In this document: one piece after another, positions 12,472 through 26,400 of the stretch
How positions within the stretch are numbered: the first letter of the stretch is position 1
How the letters are laid out: every line of letters begins with the position of its first letter
Origin: Amoebophrya sp. A120
Lineage: Eukaryota; Protista; Dinoflagellata
Direction of reading: 5' to 3'
NCBI GenBank assembly: GCA_905178155.1
Contig: CAJINV010000001.1
Coordinates: 13,142,635-13,206,634, forward strand
Length of the DNA stretch: 64,000 nt
The notes under the pieces: generated by a model
Database searches by the model: none
Seen by the model: only the letters and a program-made list of their open reading frames with translations
What the model was told of the DNA's origin: nothing
Position numbers and translations under genes: made by a program

Positions 12472-13859
12472 TTCCCCTACGTAGATGCCAGATTCTTGGT
12501 GCTCACGTGGTCTGTCTTTCGGAGGTGACTCACCCTGAAGATGACCACAAGTCTTCCACACGACAAATCGTCGCCTCAACCCAAAAGTTATCAGCTCACA
12601 CGCAGTTCCTTTCTTCTAGGATCGTCTGTCGCTGAGGCTGACGTTGACAGCAAGAACGTAGCCTTGTTTTATTCGCAGCTGGGTTGTTCTTCGAGGTTAC
12701 ACTTCTTAGTGTCCACCCACGGCGCGAGCTGCTCGCATCGAGAAGCAGAACAGGACACGACCTCAATGGTCGATATCGAGTCTCTAGAACCGGTAAACAG
12801 ACTTCTGACCATTGGCATTGTCCGGCGACAGCGCAGCCTAGTAGTCGAAGATTGCTCGTCGTGGTCTGTTTGCTTTTATTCTGACAAATACGAGCGAAGG
12901 CGAAATCGATGAATTCTGCGAAACTAGCGTCGTGATGTCTACTGCTCATTCATCGACGAATCGAAATCGACGATTAATTTCACTGTGACAGTGTGTACGA
13001 CAACATCTAGTCATCGTTACAACAACTACTTGCCAGTTTTTCTACGTGCTGGCACAACTTCTAATCATTACTTACACTTTTTAGCATGTACATACAGAAA
13101 CAGAATAGCATCGTACACAATCGAGGACATTAGCAAAATTTCTGGTGTCGTGCGACAAGAAGATGAAGAGCGATATCATGAAAATCAGAACTAAATGAAG
13201 GCGGGAGGGTGAGCGTGAGTAAGACTTCTTCTAGTGGTAATGCGAGGCATCACCATCGAACAACTCGAGCTTGCGTGGCGCGTTGGAGATCTTCTGTGTG
13301 TTGGCCTGCGTATTACACAGGCAGTTAATGAACTGATCACTGATTTCAAGGCGATGGTGTTAATCAATGTTATAGAGTTATTGTACTCGTCGAATGCATT
13401 TATCCTGCAAGTTCTTCGTGTTCGTAAGATGGCACTTTGATTTTTTTTCTGGGATTCTGCATGTCAAGACAAAATCAATGACCGAAGCGTGTATTCTAAA
13501 TTTGTGACCATCATCATGCGAACACTTTTAGCGCCGTGAGATCATCATGTCAGAGCAGCTGAGCTGCGCGTCTCGCACCTCTCTTGTTCTTTTTCGCTTT
13601 CCTGTCGCTCATCAAAAGTTGCAAATCCAAATGCACACTCAAAGTGCATGAAATAGAAATTCATTTGTGTGATACTCAAGAAGCAAAAGCACGAGGTAGA
13701 TGACGCAAGAAGAAAGAACAAAAAACTAAAACAGGGTCCAAAGGATAAGGATCTTGATAGACGTTCATCTGTGTAGTGGTAATGTGTTTACAAGCGTCGA
13801 ACTTCGGACGGAACGAGTTTACAATCGACCTGACGCTACGTATTTCTTTTGATTTGAGT

Positions 13860-13913
13860 TTATTTTTGTCATTGTCTACTTATTCGTTATTTTTGTCATT
13901 GTCTACTTATTCG
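13860..13913. repeat. Perfect 27-bp tandem duplication
   Basis: TTATTTTTGTCATTGTCTACTTATTCG x2 in intergenic DNA. Confidence 0.9.
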
Positions 13914-14253
13914 AATTCGATATTTGTACAATTGGGAGCATACACGGGCAACGGCAAAGTAGAACGCAATAGTCACGAAATCGATAACCCTAACTGTAAT
14001 GTTGTTGAGTTAGAGTTTGAGTACATTTTCATACGGAAAAAGAAAAGCTCATCAAGCACAGTCCGATTTTCTTTTCTCTGGTGTTTCCTTCATCTGAGAA
14101 TGCAAGAAGTGGTGTTTCAGTATTGACTCAATTGCTTGTGCTTAGAACAGGAGAAAGCAGTGCTTAAATTTCTTTTTTTTCACCCGAACAAATTCTTCTC
14201 GGTGATGAAACGCGCCGGATCTTCACGATCGATGGATTCCCATGCGGTGACCT

Positions 14254-17200
14254 CTAGTCTTTCGACTGCAGGCGATCAAATTGTGCAAGCGCCGCGTCAA
14301 GATCTTCTCCTGCCTCTTGAGAGAGTAATTCGTTAGAAGACAGGGAGAGACTGTCACTGCTGCTGCTGCTCAACGAGTTCGGAGGTTTTCGCCGCGCCGC
14401 TTGAGTTTGTGCTGTCTTTGGTGCTGTGTTATCGCCTCGTCCGGCGGCCTCTTCTGCACCCTTTCCTCCCCCTGAAACGCTGCCAGCAAGAACTTCGTCG
14501 CTCGCGACTGCGGCAGCAGCAAGGTCAGAAGCATCTTCGTCAGCGCCCTCGTCTTGTCGTGCGCTGACCGAGGATTCCTTCGAGGATGCGACGCGAAACG
14601 ACGAGGAGCTCGACGAGGAGGAGGATGAACTTGAGGACTTTACCTCAGCGGAGGAATTTCTCTTGCTCAGAACATCATCCTCCGATACACGATCGCGATC
14701 AGGATCACGCGCTGCGACAGACGAAGCGGAAGATGATGAAAATTCACCTCCCGCAGAAGAAGCGCCTAGAATATCATCTTCGTGCAGCCCCCGCGAAGCC
14801 GAAGACGAACTCCGACTGTCTGCCACCAAGGACCTCCTTCCCTCAGCTTTGCTCGGATCATGTCGACCCGTACTACTAGCTTGATCTCCTAGAGCAGCTT
14901 CATTGTGCTCGCCTTCCGTTGCAGCCGACGAGGCTGCGGAAGAACTTTGACCAAGTAGAAAATCTTCGTTGTTCTCTTCCTGTGCTGCTTGTCCTTCCTG
15001 CGCGTTCAGTTCCTGTTCGTCGAGGAGACGAGCAGTCGAAGACTCATCCTCGATATGAACAAATCTTTGCGGCTCGCTCTGTACCTCATCCTCGACGGTG
15101 AATGTCCTGGCTTCCTCTTCGACATCACCGTCCTCAGCTAGACCGGCCCACTCGTCGTCGATTTGCTCTTGCAGATCCGAACCCGACAAGACTTCTGACG
15201 CATGACTTTCCTCGTCTGCGAGCAACTGGCGCCGGAACATCGAGGAAGGTGACGTGGGCGGACTCGATCGGACGACCGACGGTGGACGGGGTGGAGGTCG
15301 CGGTGCCTGCTCGTCCGCGTAGTTTTGCTCGGCGGGGACAAGAATTTGGGTCACGCCACTTACTTTTTCCAGCGCTGTAATGCCGGACGACCCTGCCGGT
15401 ACGAAGAAGGAGCTGCTGCCTTCTTCCGAATCCTTCTCCAACTGATCAGTATTTTCAAGATTTTCAGCATCCTCCGCAAGAGACGGGATTATTTTCAGAG
15501 CGGAAGGCTTGTTTCTGCGCATCGTGGAGCCCCGAGACGTGGAAAATGTTGACGGCGCAACTGGTGGCAAGTAAACGTGCTTTATTGGCTCCTGCTGCAT
15601 TTTATTCCTCGAAGTAGACCGCGACGAGGCTGACAGGGACACAGACAGTCGGGAATTTTCCTTCTCCATCTGTGAGGTGGAAGAATTGTTCTTGTTACCT
15701 GGAGCTGCTCCACCTGCCTCCATCTGCGATGCGTTATGCGCCGCCTGCAAATGGGTGGCTTCTTTGTGCAGGAGCTGCTCGACGAACAAATCGGTGATGA
15801 GACTCTTCGAACTTCGGGCCGATAACACTGAGATGTCCGCCGACAGGGCCTGCGTTTTGAACACGTTCGGAATCTCGTTTCGCGGGTGGCCGTCGTGGAC
15901 CAGCAACGGCTCCGAGTACAACAGGCTGGTGACAGCGTAAAGCGGGTTGAAACCGAGCTCGTCCCGCGACAGCACGTCGTCTAAATCCCGTTCCGCCAGA
16001 AGTTCTTGTTGCTGACTGTGGTCTTTCGTTTCTTTATTTTCCTTGCTACTCGTCCGATCTACTCCAGCAGTCGCGGTCATAATTTCAGCGGTTTTTTTCT
16101 GGTTGAAGCTTTTCGCACCAGTGCCACCATACAGAAATGAGTCCGCGCCACCCTTTATCCTGAGTAAAAACGTACCCACACCAGAGTCAAGATGGGGAAT
16201 CGGCTAGACAAATCCACAAGTTTTGGCTGTTTTGCATGACAAATTCGGATTCGTAGTATAGTGCTGCTTGAGCTAGCTCAGCAGCATCACAGATCTAGCA
16301 TACCATGCTGATTGGAGCATGACAAATTGCAAAACACGACTAGAAAATGCTTCTCATGGAGCTCCGCATGAGAAACATTTTCAGCATGCAGATTTGCATT
16401 ACAACTCTGGTGTGGGTACGTTTTTACTCAGGATACCCTTCACCGCGTTTCGGAAATCGTCGGCAGTGGGCTTTTCCCGATTGGGCGAACGAAGGAGCCT
16501 ATCAAAAATAAAAATGTCTGGGTCTGGAAACTTGTGATGCTGGGTGGCGTCTCATGATGAGGCTACAGATGCTGGCTCAGCATGACAAGTTTCTGAGCTC
16601 CTAGCTGTTGCCTATTGCTATTCTGCATGACAAACTGCGCTTCTGCATCACAGAAAAGCGGAGCTCTTGGGTAACGTGCATGACAGATTTAAGAGTCATG
16701 CCAGACAAGCATGACAAGTTGGATTCTTCCAGACCCAGACACTTTTACAGTTATTAGAGCCGCTCTTCGGAGAGAAGCACCCGATCGAAAAGGTCGGAAA
16801 GCATCAGCTGAATCTCGGCAACGAGGTTGTCGATCAAAAAACTTTTGTTTCTTGCCGCTCCTGATTGATGTTGTCCTGGCTTCTCTTCTCTCAATTGTAC
16901 GACTCGTTTCGGGGAATACAGTTCCTGCTTTTCCTCCAGATAAGCGAGAGAAAACTTCGTCAGCACCTTCTCGAGGAGCTGCTGTAAAATCGCCTGCTCA
17001 CCGAGTGAAACATCTACATTTTCGTCGAGGAAGGCCGTAGTGTCTACAACTCTCGGAGGTGGAGATGAGGACGGATCAGTTGGAAGTTGTGCTGTTCCAG
17101 CTGCAGCTTCATCTTGCGGCACTTCTTTCTCTACTGCTTGCTGCTGGTCTTGCCGATTTGCGGCTGCGCTTCCCCCTATTTCGGTTTGTGGCGAGTTGGT

Positions 17201-20200
17201 CTTGCTTTCGATCGCACTCGACAGAACGATAGACCGGTCGGCCAGTCTTCCCACCGTGCCGTAGCAGAGCCGGCGCTGCAGTGCTTTTCGTGCGAGCGCG
17301 CGGACTTCACTGTGCATAGTTGCTTTGAACGCTTCTGATTTCCATTTCACATCAGCGATTTCGAGTTCCAGTGCTTGTTTGGTGGTCTTCGAACCGGCTA
17401 CGGGGGTGTTCGGATAACTATCCGGGTGGTATTCTTCGCGCAGGATGCGGAGGTTTTCTGACGCTAGTTTTCTGCTTTTGCGCTTCGGAAAGCCGGCGCC
17501 GAGCACCATAGAAGAAGAGCTGGATGCGGCTGAAGAGCTTCCTTCTTCCTCTGTGCTCGAGGGCAAAAAGAACGCTGGTGGTTTTACCACTTCGCTGCTC
17601 TTGCTTCCCTCGTCCGCCGACTCCAGGGCCTGGAGAACCACCCGGCGAATGCAGCGGTCGCTTACACGCAACGACGGTTCCTCACAGGGCTCCTCTGAAA
17701 CGATCGACAACGAATCGGCACCCGCGAGGGAGGAAACCGCATCGGGGTCTTGATCCGGATCAAGAGTGACCGGCTGGTGTAAAATGTTGTCGTGCCCGTC
17801 TGGCTGCAGCACCATGGCGTTATCAGCAGCGACATCCTGATTTTTTCAGAACAAGGAGCAGTCAACAGGAATACCAACACGTGGCATTTCCTATTTTTCT
17901 ACTTTTCGTTTTGGTTTTCCACATGTGTAGTACAAAAACTGAAAAACAGAATGACTGTTGTACCTCTTGCTCTTGCGAGAAGGCTGCGCTGTTTTCGATG
18001 TTGTCCAAATTGAGCTGCAGAGCCACTTTTGCCTCGGATGCCCGCGCGATTTGGATCTGAATGGACTGCAACAGCGAAAAAATCTCTTGCACCTTTTCCC
18101 GGAGCATCTCCTGCGCACTGCGGTCGAGGTCTTCGATCTGATATTAGATAAACGGGTATTGTTCCAACTTCCGTGTTCTTTCTGCAATATACGAGTACTT
18201 ACTGATATTCTAAGATTCTTGCAAGGTCTCATATCATCTCCTCCAAACACAAAAAACATACACGCGCTTTGAGTGGCTGTATTTCTCGCGTCAGTATGTG
18301 CTCAAGCTGCTCGTTGACCGTTTGCATGTCGGGTGAGAAAGCCATGTCCTCCGAAACACGGCGTACGTTGGACAAAGTCGCATCCAATAGAAGTTCCACA
18401 TGATCAGCAGGGCTGGCAGCGGCAAGCTGGCTAGATAACGGGGAAGCAATATCGTCATTCTCCAACTGTGTTGCCTGCTCTTTCATCTCCCTACTTCGTT
18501 TGTCGTGTTCATTGTCTTGGGTAAGACCATGGTACAAAGAATTTGAAGCGAAGTTTTCCGGCGGGATGGTCGGAAGGGAATCGAGCGTGGCCACGGGCTG
18601 TGGGCTGACGGCGGACAAACCCGCTGTCGACACTGCTGGCGCATCACCGGCGGCTGTTGAACTCTGGCCGACCTCGACAGGATCATCTAGACCTTCTCCT
18701 TCATTTTGGTCAACATCTTCGTCCGTTTCATGCACCAGTCGCGCGCCGCTGCTACCGAAGTTTGCTTCGAGAGTCTCGTTCGGTCGGTTTTCGTCCGACT
18801 CTTCGTGCGCCGCCTGCAGCTCATCTCGTGCAGCTACTCGTACTACATCAGATCCTTCCAGATTCCGCTCGGCTTCAGAACCTGCAGGTGAATGTGCGTC
18901 TTGTTCTTTCTTTTCAGTTTCAACCACAGTCACGGTGGCCACTTCCGTTCCTTCTTTACCCTCGCCTAATGGATCTTCTACTTCTGCGTGGTTATTGCCT
19001 TCTTCTTCTTCTCGATCCTCGTACACGCCCTCCGGGTCTCCCTCCTGCCAGCGGAACACGCCGCTTGCTCCTGCTAGTTTGGAACTACCGTTTCGATGCT
19101 TCCGCAGCATGTCCTCGTGCATCTCCGAAAGGCCACTCACACCTGGTAAATCTTTTTCCAGCTCCGTAATTTCATCTTCCACGCCACCTTCTTCAATGGT
19201 CCCCGCCACGATAATCGCATCCGAATTTACTCGTCCAGCAGACGTCTCAACATCATTCGACCCTTGTTCGTCCAGCACAAAATTCTGGTAGTTGCTCGAA
19301 AATACGACCGGCGTCACGCTAGCCCCTGCGTCTTCGTCGTGCGCGGAAAGGATCTGCCTGCCGGTGCTGGAGGAGGAAACGCCCTTGACGTAATCCACGT
19401 CCGGCCCGAGCTCTTCCGCTTGCTTGTGGGAAATCTTGGCCCCGCGTGCAGGAACTGGTACCGCATGGGCATGGGTGTTGGAAGAAGTGCTGGAGTTGGT
19501 CGCCGCGCTGTTTATTGTGATTCCATCAGCGTGGCCCGTTATTTCATCCGCAGCAGCTGTCCCCTGAGGTCGTGAAACTGAAGGCGACGTCGAGGTTCGT
19601 CTTTCGGGGCCATGCACAAAAACCTCTTCTAGCGGGTCAAACGCCGCGTTGCTCTCGCTCCCTTGTGAGGGGGAAGAGATAAACGTTTCCACTGGTGGTC
19701 TCAGGTGCTTGCCAAAATCTGTGGTCCGCGGGGAGAAGCTGTCCGCGGATTTATTCTTCGTCGTTACTGCTGGCTTTCGCTTCTTATTTTTCTTGGAAGC
19801 AGCCCCGTCAGCTGCAGAAATCCGCTGGTCCGGTTGTACTTCTCCCGGCAGCACGTGGACCCGCTCCTCCGGTGAACTGTGCTGGGAGATCAAGTTTTTC
19901 CGCCGGAGCTCCGGCGACCTATTGAAAATTTCGTCGAACTCGCGACGGTCGTCTTCTGTGAGACCGGGCGACCGCTGGCGCCGTTGTTGTACTGCTGTTT
20001 CTTCTTGACTATGATCCGGATCGTCGTCGTCGTCATCGTAGCAGTTTTGATTTAGAAGTCGGCGACCTGCAGCATCGGCTTCATTATTTAGAGTTCTTTG
20101 GTTCTTCTCGTCGCGGTCGCGTAACTGCTTCGCTAGCAGGGCGGAAGGGGAACTACTATACGTCGCTTCTTCGCCCCCTGCTCCGAAGGTATTGATTTCG

Positions 20201-22140
20201 AGACCGCCACTCTGATGCTGCACGAAATGGTCCCGCAACGCGTCGCGAATTAGCGGATCGTCGCTCGTCGGTGCCTTGTTTCGCCTCGGCCCGGCACTCT
20301 GCGGCCGACGCTTTGGTTTCGGCTGTGGCCGTACCGGCGCCTGTATTCGCTCCGCCGCTTTACCACGCGGCGCGCCGGGATAAGTCCCACCTACCGCGGT
20401 CGCGGATTGATGTTTCTTGCTCTTCTTAGCCGCACTTTCCGGCGGCGTCCTACCATCGTCGGTGCCTTCATCGCCTGGCTCATTTCGTTGGTCGAAGGAC
20501 GTTTCAGTCTCACCTTCCACCTCCTCGTGGGGCTCATACGAAGCGCCGCGGCCATCAGCATCCTCCATTACTTCAGGCGGCGGAATAAACTCCAAGTCCG
20601 GCATGTAATCACCAGTGCTGGTACTGCGTTGGAGGAGATCCGCTCGTAAATCCATCACTTCCGCTTCCAGTTGCAGCAGCTCAGCATGCAAAGCCAGTCG
20701 GTCGTCCACTTCTTTCGCGGTGTTCCGTGCCGCCGCGGTCTTCGGTCTTTTGTTTCCACCAGACGATAAACCGCGAGGATTAGCAGTTATCGCAGAAGCG
20801 TTCTTGGGCATAGCAAACCGCTTGGCGGATCCCGGCCTCCTTGGTCCACCACTTCTGCGCCCGCTCGTTCCAGGTTTGCGTCCCAGCGCTTTTCGCAGCG
20901 CTACACTCTCGTCTTGCAGTTTCTGGATCAGCCGGCGCTGCGTCGTGGCGGACAGATTTTTGTCCACCGCCGCCTGCTCTCCGCGCACGACCGGCGGACC
21001 CACTCGGCCATACCGGTAAGCTTGCCGCTGCAGACTCGTCTCCACTTTACGAACCCACGTATGCCCATCGACTTTCGGTGGCTTGGCCGCGTTGGGGTTG
21101 GCGCCGTCATCTTGATCTTCGTCTTGATTCATCTTCTCGTTGTCTACTGTAGAAGTTGCGAGGTGGACACCTGCTGCACTACTTATACCTGCGCCTTTCT
21201 TGGTACTACCCTCAAGCTGGTCTTCGCGAACCTGGTCGAGATCCATCTCGACTTCCTGCAAGCACTTCAAATACGCTTTGTTTGCGTCCGAAGTCCTGCG
21301 CTTCTGCAGCTGCGCCCGCATCAGCCGGTTGCCGGCCTCCAAGTCCCGTAACAACTCCAACGCACGGTCGTCTGCGGAATGAACCCCCCGTGACGGCGAC
21401 AGGGAGCCGCCTCCACGGCCTCCACCGTGTGGCGCAGTTCGTCCCGCTGTGCTCGACGTGGCACCGCCGCTCTGTTGTGTGCCTGCGTCGATTTTATTTC
21501 CCGTTCTGGTGTGCGCGGCTGCTTTATTGCCTTGCACGCCGGGGTCGATCACGACGCTGTAGGAGTACAGCTCCCCGGTGCGCAAACGAATCTCCATCAG
21601 TTCTTGAAAACGGCGAGGGACCTGCGTATTTCAGTTTTAGTATCTTCTTCGGACACAAATCACCATAAATGAAGCATGTACGTCGCGGAGGTGGAATCAG
21701 GAATTAGGATCAGCGGCACCACAAGAACTTAGTGTGAATGACACGACGCACACGGTTGAGCTGCGTTCTTCCATGTAGCTAGAAGCAACAAGTGCATTTA
21801 AACTAGTACGCACCTTTTCCACCGTCCGCACCGTGAGCCGGAGCCCCACTTCCTCTTTCGGCGCGATCCTGACCCCCTGGCTTGGTTGGACGTGAAATCG
21901 GTACAAGGGTACCGGCGGCACATCGAGGATAGGGTCGCCCGAGGGCAGCCTCTCGTGTCCCGCGATCGTGGTGAAACCGTTCTGGCACTCGAGACGCACG
22001 TCAGCGATTTCGATCGGCTGCTTGCTCAGATTTCGCACATACACCGTCTGGTCCGAGCACTTTCCGGTCTTCAAGTTGCTAAACCACAGGCACGGGGGAG
22101 CACATTCGAGTGCCGGCGGCGGGGCCCGCTGGTAAACCAT
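14254..22140 (-). CDS. Very large (>2000 aa) mostly disordered protein with an N-terminal ASH/Ig-like beta-sandwich-type domain
   Basis: ORFs 21697..22140, 18229..21597, 17862..18107, 16754..17815 and 14254..16179 can be linked by three GT-AG introns and two TIR introns (LKAR|IEDLDR; QEQE|DVAAD; EERL|LRSP; AVKG|GADSF). The domain call rests on the P..L.F...V.N.S pattern only. Confidence 0.7.
16156..16435. mobile_element. TIR introner, family C (280 bp)
   Basis: Perfect 32-bp TIR TATCCTGAGTAAAAACGTACCCACACCAGAGT; perfect CCCTT direct repeat. Confidence 0.97.
16500..16756. mobile_element. TIR introner, family B (257 bp)
   Basis: TATCAAAAATAAAAATGTCTGGGTCTGGAA...TTCCAGACCCAGACACTTTTACAGTTATTA; perfect GAGCC direct repeat. 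Confidence 0.93.
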
Positions 22141-23405
22141 TCTGATTCTAGAAGTAGAGGTGCCCGACCAGGCCCGGGGAGCTCAATTTCGTCCTCCAGC
22201 TCCTGACTACAACGAAACAACACTCAGACCGAGTGTAAACGAGGGTGGCCCATATTGGGCAGTGTACAAAACGATGAGCAGGACGAGTCTCCTCCATTTA
22301 ATATTAGCAAGTGGCTCTTACGATAGTGATACAGTGATTGCGAGTAGGTCAAGCGACACATCGAAAAAACGAAAAGCGACTCCATTACAATTACATCGAT
22401 GCTTTCAGGCGATCAAGAAAGAACTCGAGGGGAGGACGATTGTCGTGCGAATAGAACAAACGATAGTTGCTCTCAATAAATTGAAACTCATGAACCTCCA
22501 AGCAAGGCAGGGCGAAGAGCAATGAAGAAGCCACAGAGAGAACAAATGTAACGCTCTGTCTCCATCGCACTTGCATGCTGTTACGCATGGCGGACGCTCT
22601 GCAATATGATGATCGGAGTCGGACTGAATTTGCAGCCTTTCAATATTTATATTTTTTCATCCAACCAGCTATATTGTCGCGATACCTATAGTCGTTGTAG
22701 CAACAAACTTTCTTGTTGTAGTGGGAAACCATCAACAGAAAAAGGTCGTCCTCGTTGTCGTCCAGGTCCAGGAAAATAAAGTAAAAACCAATAAGTCATA
22801 AACGACTCAAAATTATGTCGTCGGCGATCTCTATCAAAATGAAGGAAGCACAGCAAAAATAAACTATAACTAGCCAAAGTTTAACATCGAGGATACTAGC
22901 TGCTAGTACAACTTCTATACTCAGAGGATACAACCTCCGTACTCAGAGTCACAGACCACAGCAGTCGCAGTCATGAAAAAAGCAGCCAATCGTTGAGAGA
23001 GAGTATTTAGCTTGGAAGATTCCTCAGCAACGACAGCGTGGGCTTTCTTGCAAAGTCATGGTCAACAGCAACACCGTAGTCCTGACGATGCAAACCAAGA
23101 ATTATTTTTATTTCAACATGATCATAGTACAAATCAGATTCAAGAATTCGTAGTCGCGATACAAGGAGACGATATCATAAAATAATGCCGATTTCCGGCA
23201 CCGCGCTTGATGTCGTGCGTTGACAGACGGTGCCGGACTTCGTAAGCATGTGGACTTTCTGCCAGCACTTGAATCAGCTTGGTGTACACTTTCTGTGAAA
23301 CGAAAACGCAAACAACATTAACATAAGTATCGATATGTACATAGATTTGCTGGAATCAACATTTTCGCTAAACTAATGACGAACATAATTTGATGACAGT
23401 TCTCT

Positions 23406-26400
23406 TCAGAACTGGTCAAACCAGGCGGGTCTTCCTTGGCGGCGCTGCTTCTGCTCTTCGCGTTTCCGCTTCTGGACAAAGGGGTCACCAAAGGGCCAGA
23501 ACTTGTAACGCTCCGGGAAGTACTTTCGTTCGATCTCTTCGCGGAGGCTTTGCTTCTTCTGCTCATCGTCGCTGTCGCTATCATCGTCTTTCTTCTCTTT
23601 CCCCAGATCCGCACCGTTATTGTACTGTTCGCGCTTCTCGGGGTCCGACAGAGTTTGGTACGCCAGGGCAACACGCTGGAACGCCCTGTGGTTCGGGGGA
23701 GTTTGTTCGTTGCACAACATTGCTTGCTATAGACACATTCAAGACTTTGATTTAAAACCTGCACTAAAGTGCCTAATTCTAACGTTACGCATAGCAAAGC
23801 ATGGAAGAGGAAGATGTCTTCAAAAAAAAAGACAACCTCCAACAAAATTTCTTTACCTCGTACTCCCTCCTTCTTTGTCCGGGTGGTATTTCAAAGATAA
23901 CACGCGGTACGCTCGCTTAAGCTGCTTTTCCGTGGCATCCTGGGATACGCCCAAAACCGCGTAGTGGTCCTTTTCGTTGGCAATGTCGCCCTCGCCGGCC
24001 GCCTCCGCCCACGTGCCCAGCTTCTGCTCCGAGAACATGCCAGTCGTTTGGAACGTAACACCGCCGCCGCGACGCTGCATCGCGTGCGCGCGTACTAGCC
24101 AGTCGAGCAGGTGCTCCCAGTCGCGGCCCAAACCCATCAGGGTCTCGTATGGCGCTCTCAACTGTTACATTCTCAACTGTTACATGATTTGTCATGCAAA
24201 TTTACCACCAAGATCGCCACGATTAAGCTGCTTCGCATGACAAATATCCGAAGGGCTAAACAGCATGTAAATCTGTGCCAAATCTGTAATGCAAAAGGCG
24301 CAATCTTGTCCCTTTCACTTTCGCGGTTCTTGCATTACAAATTCATGTAACAGTTGAGAATGTAACAATTGAGAGTCCCATATCTCGAAACTCTGGATTG
24401 CGTCCTTGGCACGACCTGAAGGAAAAAAGAAACGGTCAGGGAAATTCACGACTCCCACCTCGTCTTGAGGAACTTGTTCATCAAGTGCAGAGGGATACAA
24501 GTTCAAGTACTTACAACTACGGAAACCACAAGCAAAATACACTTCAGTCAGAGCACCAAAGCGAACAAGGGTACAACTTCATCAACCTACCAGCGTCCAT
24601 CTGCACGACGCCCTTTCTGAATAGCGCCCTTTTGTATTTTGGAAACAGACCGAGCGCGTGGTCCAAATCGTCTAACGCCTTTCCGAATTCACGCATCCGG
24701 CGGTAGGAGCCTGCGCGCGCGGCGAACAGCTCCGCCCGCGCCCACTTATCGTCCTCGAACTTCGTGGCGCCCTGAATGGCCATGTCGTACCACTTAATCG
24801 CATCCTCGAACAGCCCGCGCGAATAGGCGTCCATCGCCCGTCGTTCCCCACGCTCCTTTTCTTTCCAGAAGTTCACGCGTCGCTTTGCCTCCTCGCGCGC
24901 CCATACTCCGTGTGGATTCAGCTTTTTCTCCGGGTGTGCTGTGCTGGTGGTACTAGCGACTGAGGATGCCTCCTTCTCTACTCCTGTTGTGACACTACTG
25001 CTCTCCAGTAAGCTCGGCACGTCTTCTGCAACGGTTTTCAGAAGAGACAGAGCTTTCTCCTTGTCGGCCGTTTCCGTAGCGCTCCGCAGGGAGAATCTGG
25101 CGTGCCACAGAGCGGCAGCGGTGCTGTCTGGGTAGAGTTTGATCGCAACCGCCGCTTCTCGGGCCGCCTCGACCTCCCGTCGCGTGCGCAGTAACGCTGG
25201 AATCAGGGTCAGACGCAACCGGAGGTTGTCCAAAGAGCAGCTGTCGTCGGTTCCCTGCGTGATCAGCGTCCGCAGCTCGTGCACGCCCTTCACGACCGCC
25301 TTGATGCTGCCGTCGGATTCGCACAGGACCGCGGCATCCTGCGCACGGACGCCGAGGGTGCCGCGCCGTAACACGTCCGAGGGGCCGGACACAATAAAAG
25401 CGGGCATTCCCGTCCCGACTGCATTCTGCTCTGTCTTGTCCTTCTGCTCTGCGGGCTCCGTGTCCTCACTTTTCTGTTCAACCTCGACCTTTTTATTCTC
25501 TGACGACGGTGACGATGAAGCTCCTGCCGTGGCTTCTCCACGATCGCTGGGTGTAGGACGAGGTGCCACTACGCGCGTGGGCTGCACGCGACTTTTCAAG
25601 GACTTAACTAGAACGTCGTGGGCACTCTGTGCCGCCAGCAATTCGTCCCTGTTTCCGAAGGAGTCGCGCTTCTGTGCCCGCAGGGCCACCGCGAAAACGT
25701 CGGCGAGTGCTACGGTCCGAGACGGTTTGTTGCTTGCTACTGTTGATGATACGGGGGCGGTGACATTGTCACTGACTAATTCTGGAGAGGTGCTGGACTC
25801 CACCGCCATCGGATCGTCGACGGGCTCCGCATCGGTGCTCTTTTTATCGGTGAAGGGCGAGGTATCCTTTTCGCTAGCGACCGTTGAACTAACGTCATCC
25901 TCCTCGACCATGCCCAACTTTTCCAGGGAAAGCCCAAGTGACCGCGCGCACTTCGCGAGTGGCCCCTCGGCGGACCCCGAAGAATCGCTGCCGCTTGCGG
26001 GATTCATGTTCTCGATCTGTAGTAGATTTCGTACGTGTGATTCCCATTAGTCCTTTGCCTTTCAGATAGATAAAAGTGTTTATTACGAAGATTATTGGGC
26101 GATAATTTCCCGTCCATTGCAGGGACCTGCTGAGCAAATTGCATTGTATTTGATCCGCTCTTGTTTCAAACAGACACGGCGCCCGCTCTTTAGCCCTGCT
26201 ATACTTGCAGCAACCCGCCGGACAGCGAGGCTGTGGAGGCCCGGCGAAACATAACCCTCCTACGCAGTCGCAACATCAAGTGGCGAGAGCTGGAGGAGAA
26301 CAGCGCGCTGGAGGTTTGTGGCCTTGGCAGACCGGCTCTTGCACTCGTTCCGTATAGTAGCACCAATCAGAGGGCGCACACCAAGTGGGCAACACAGATT

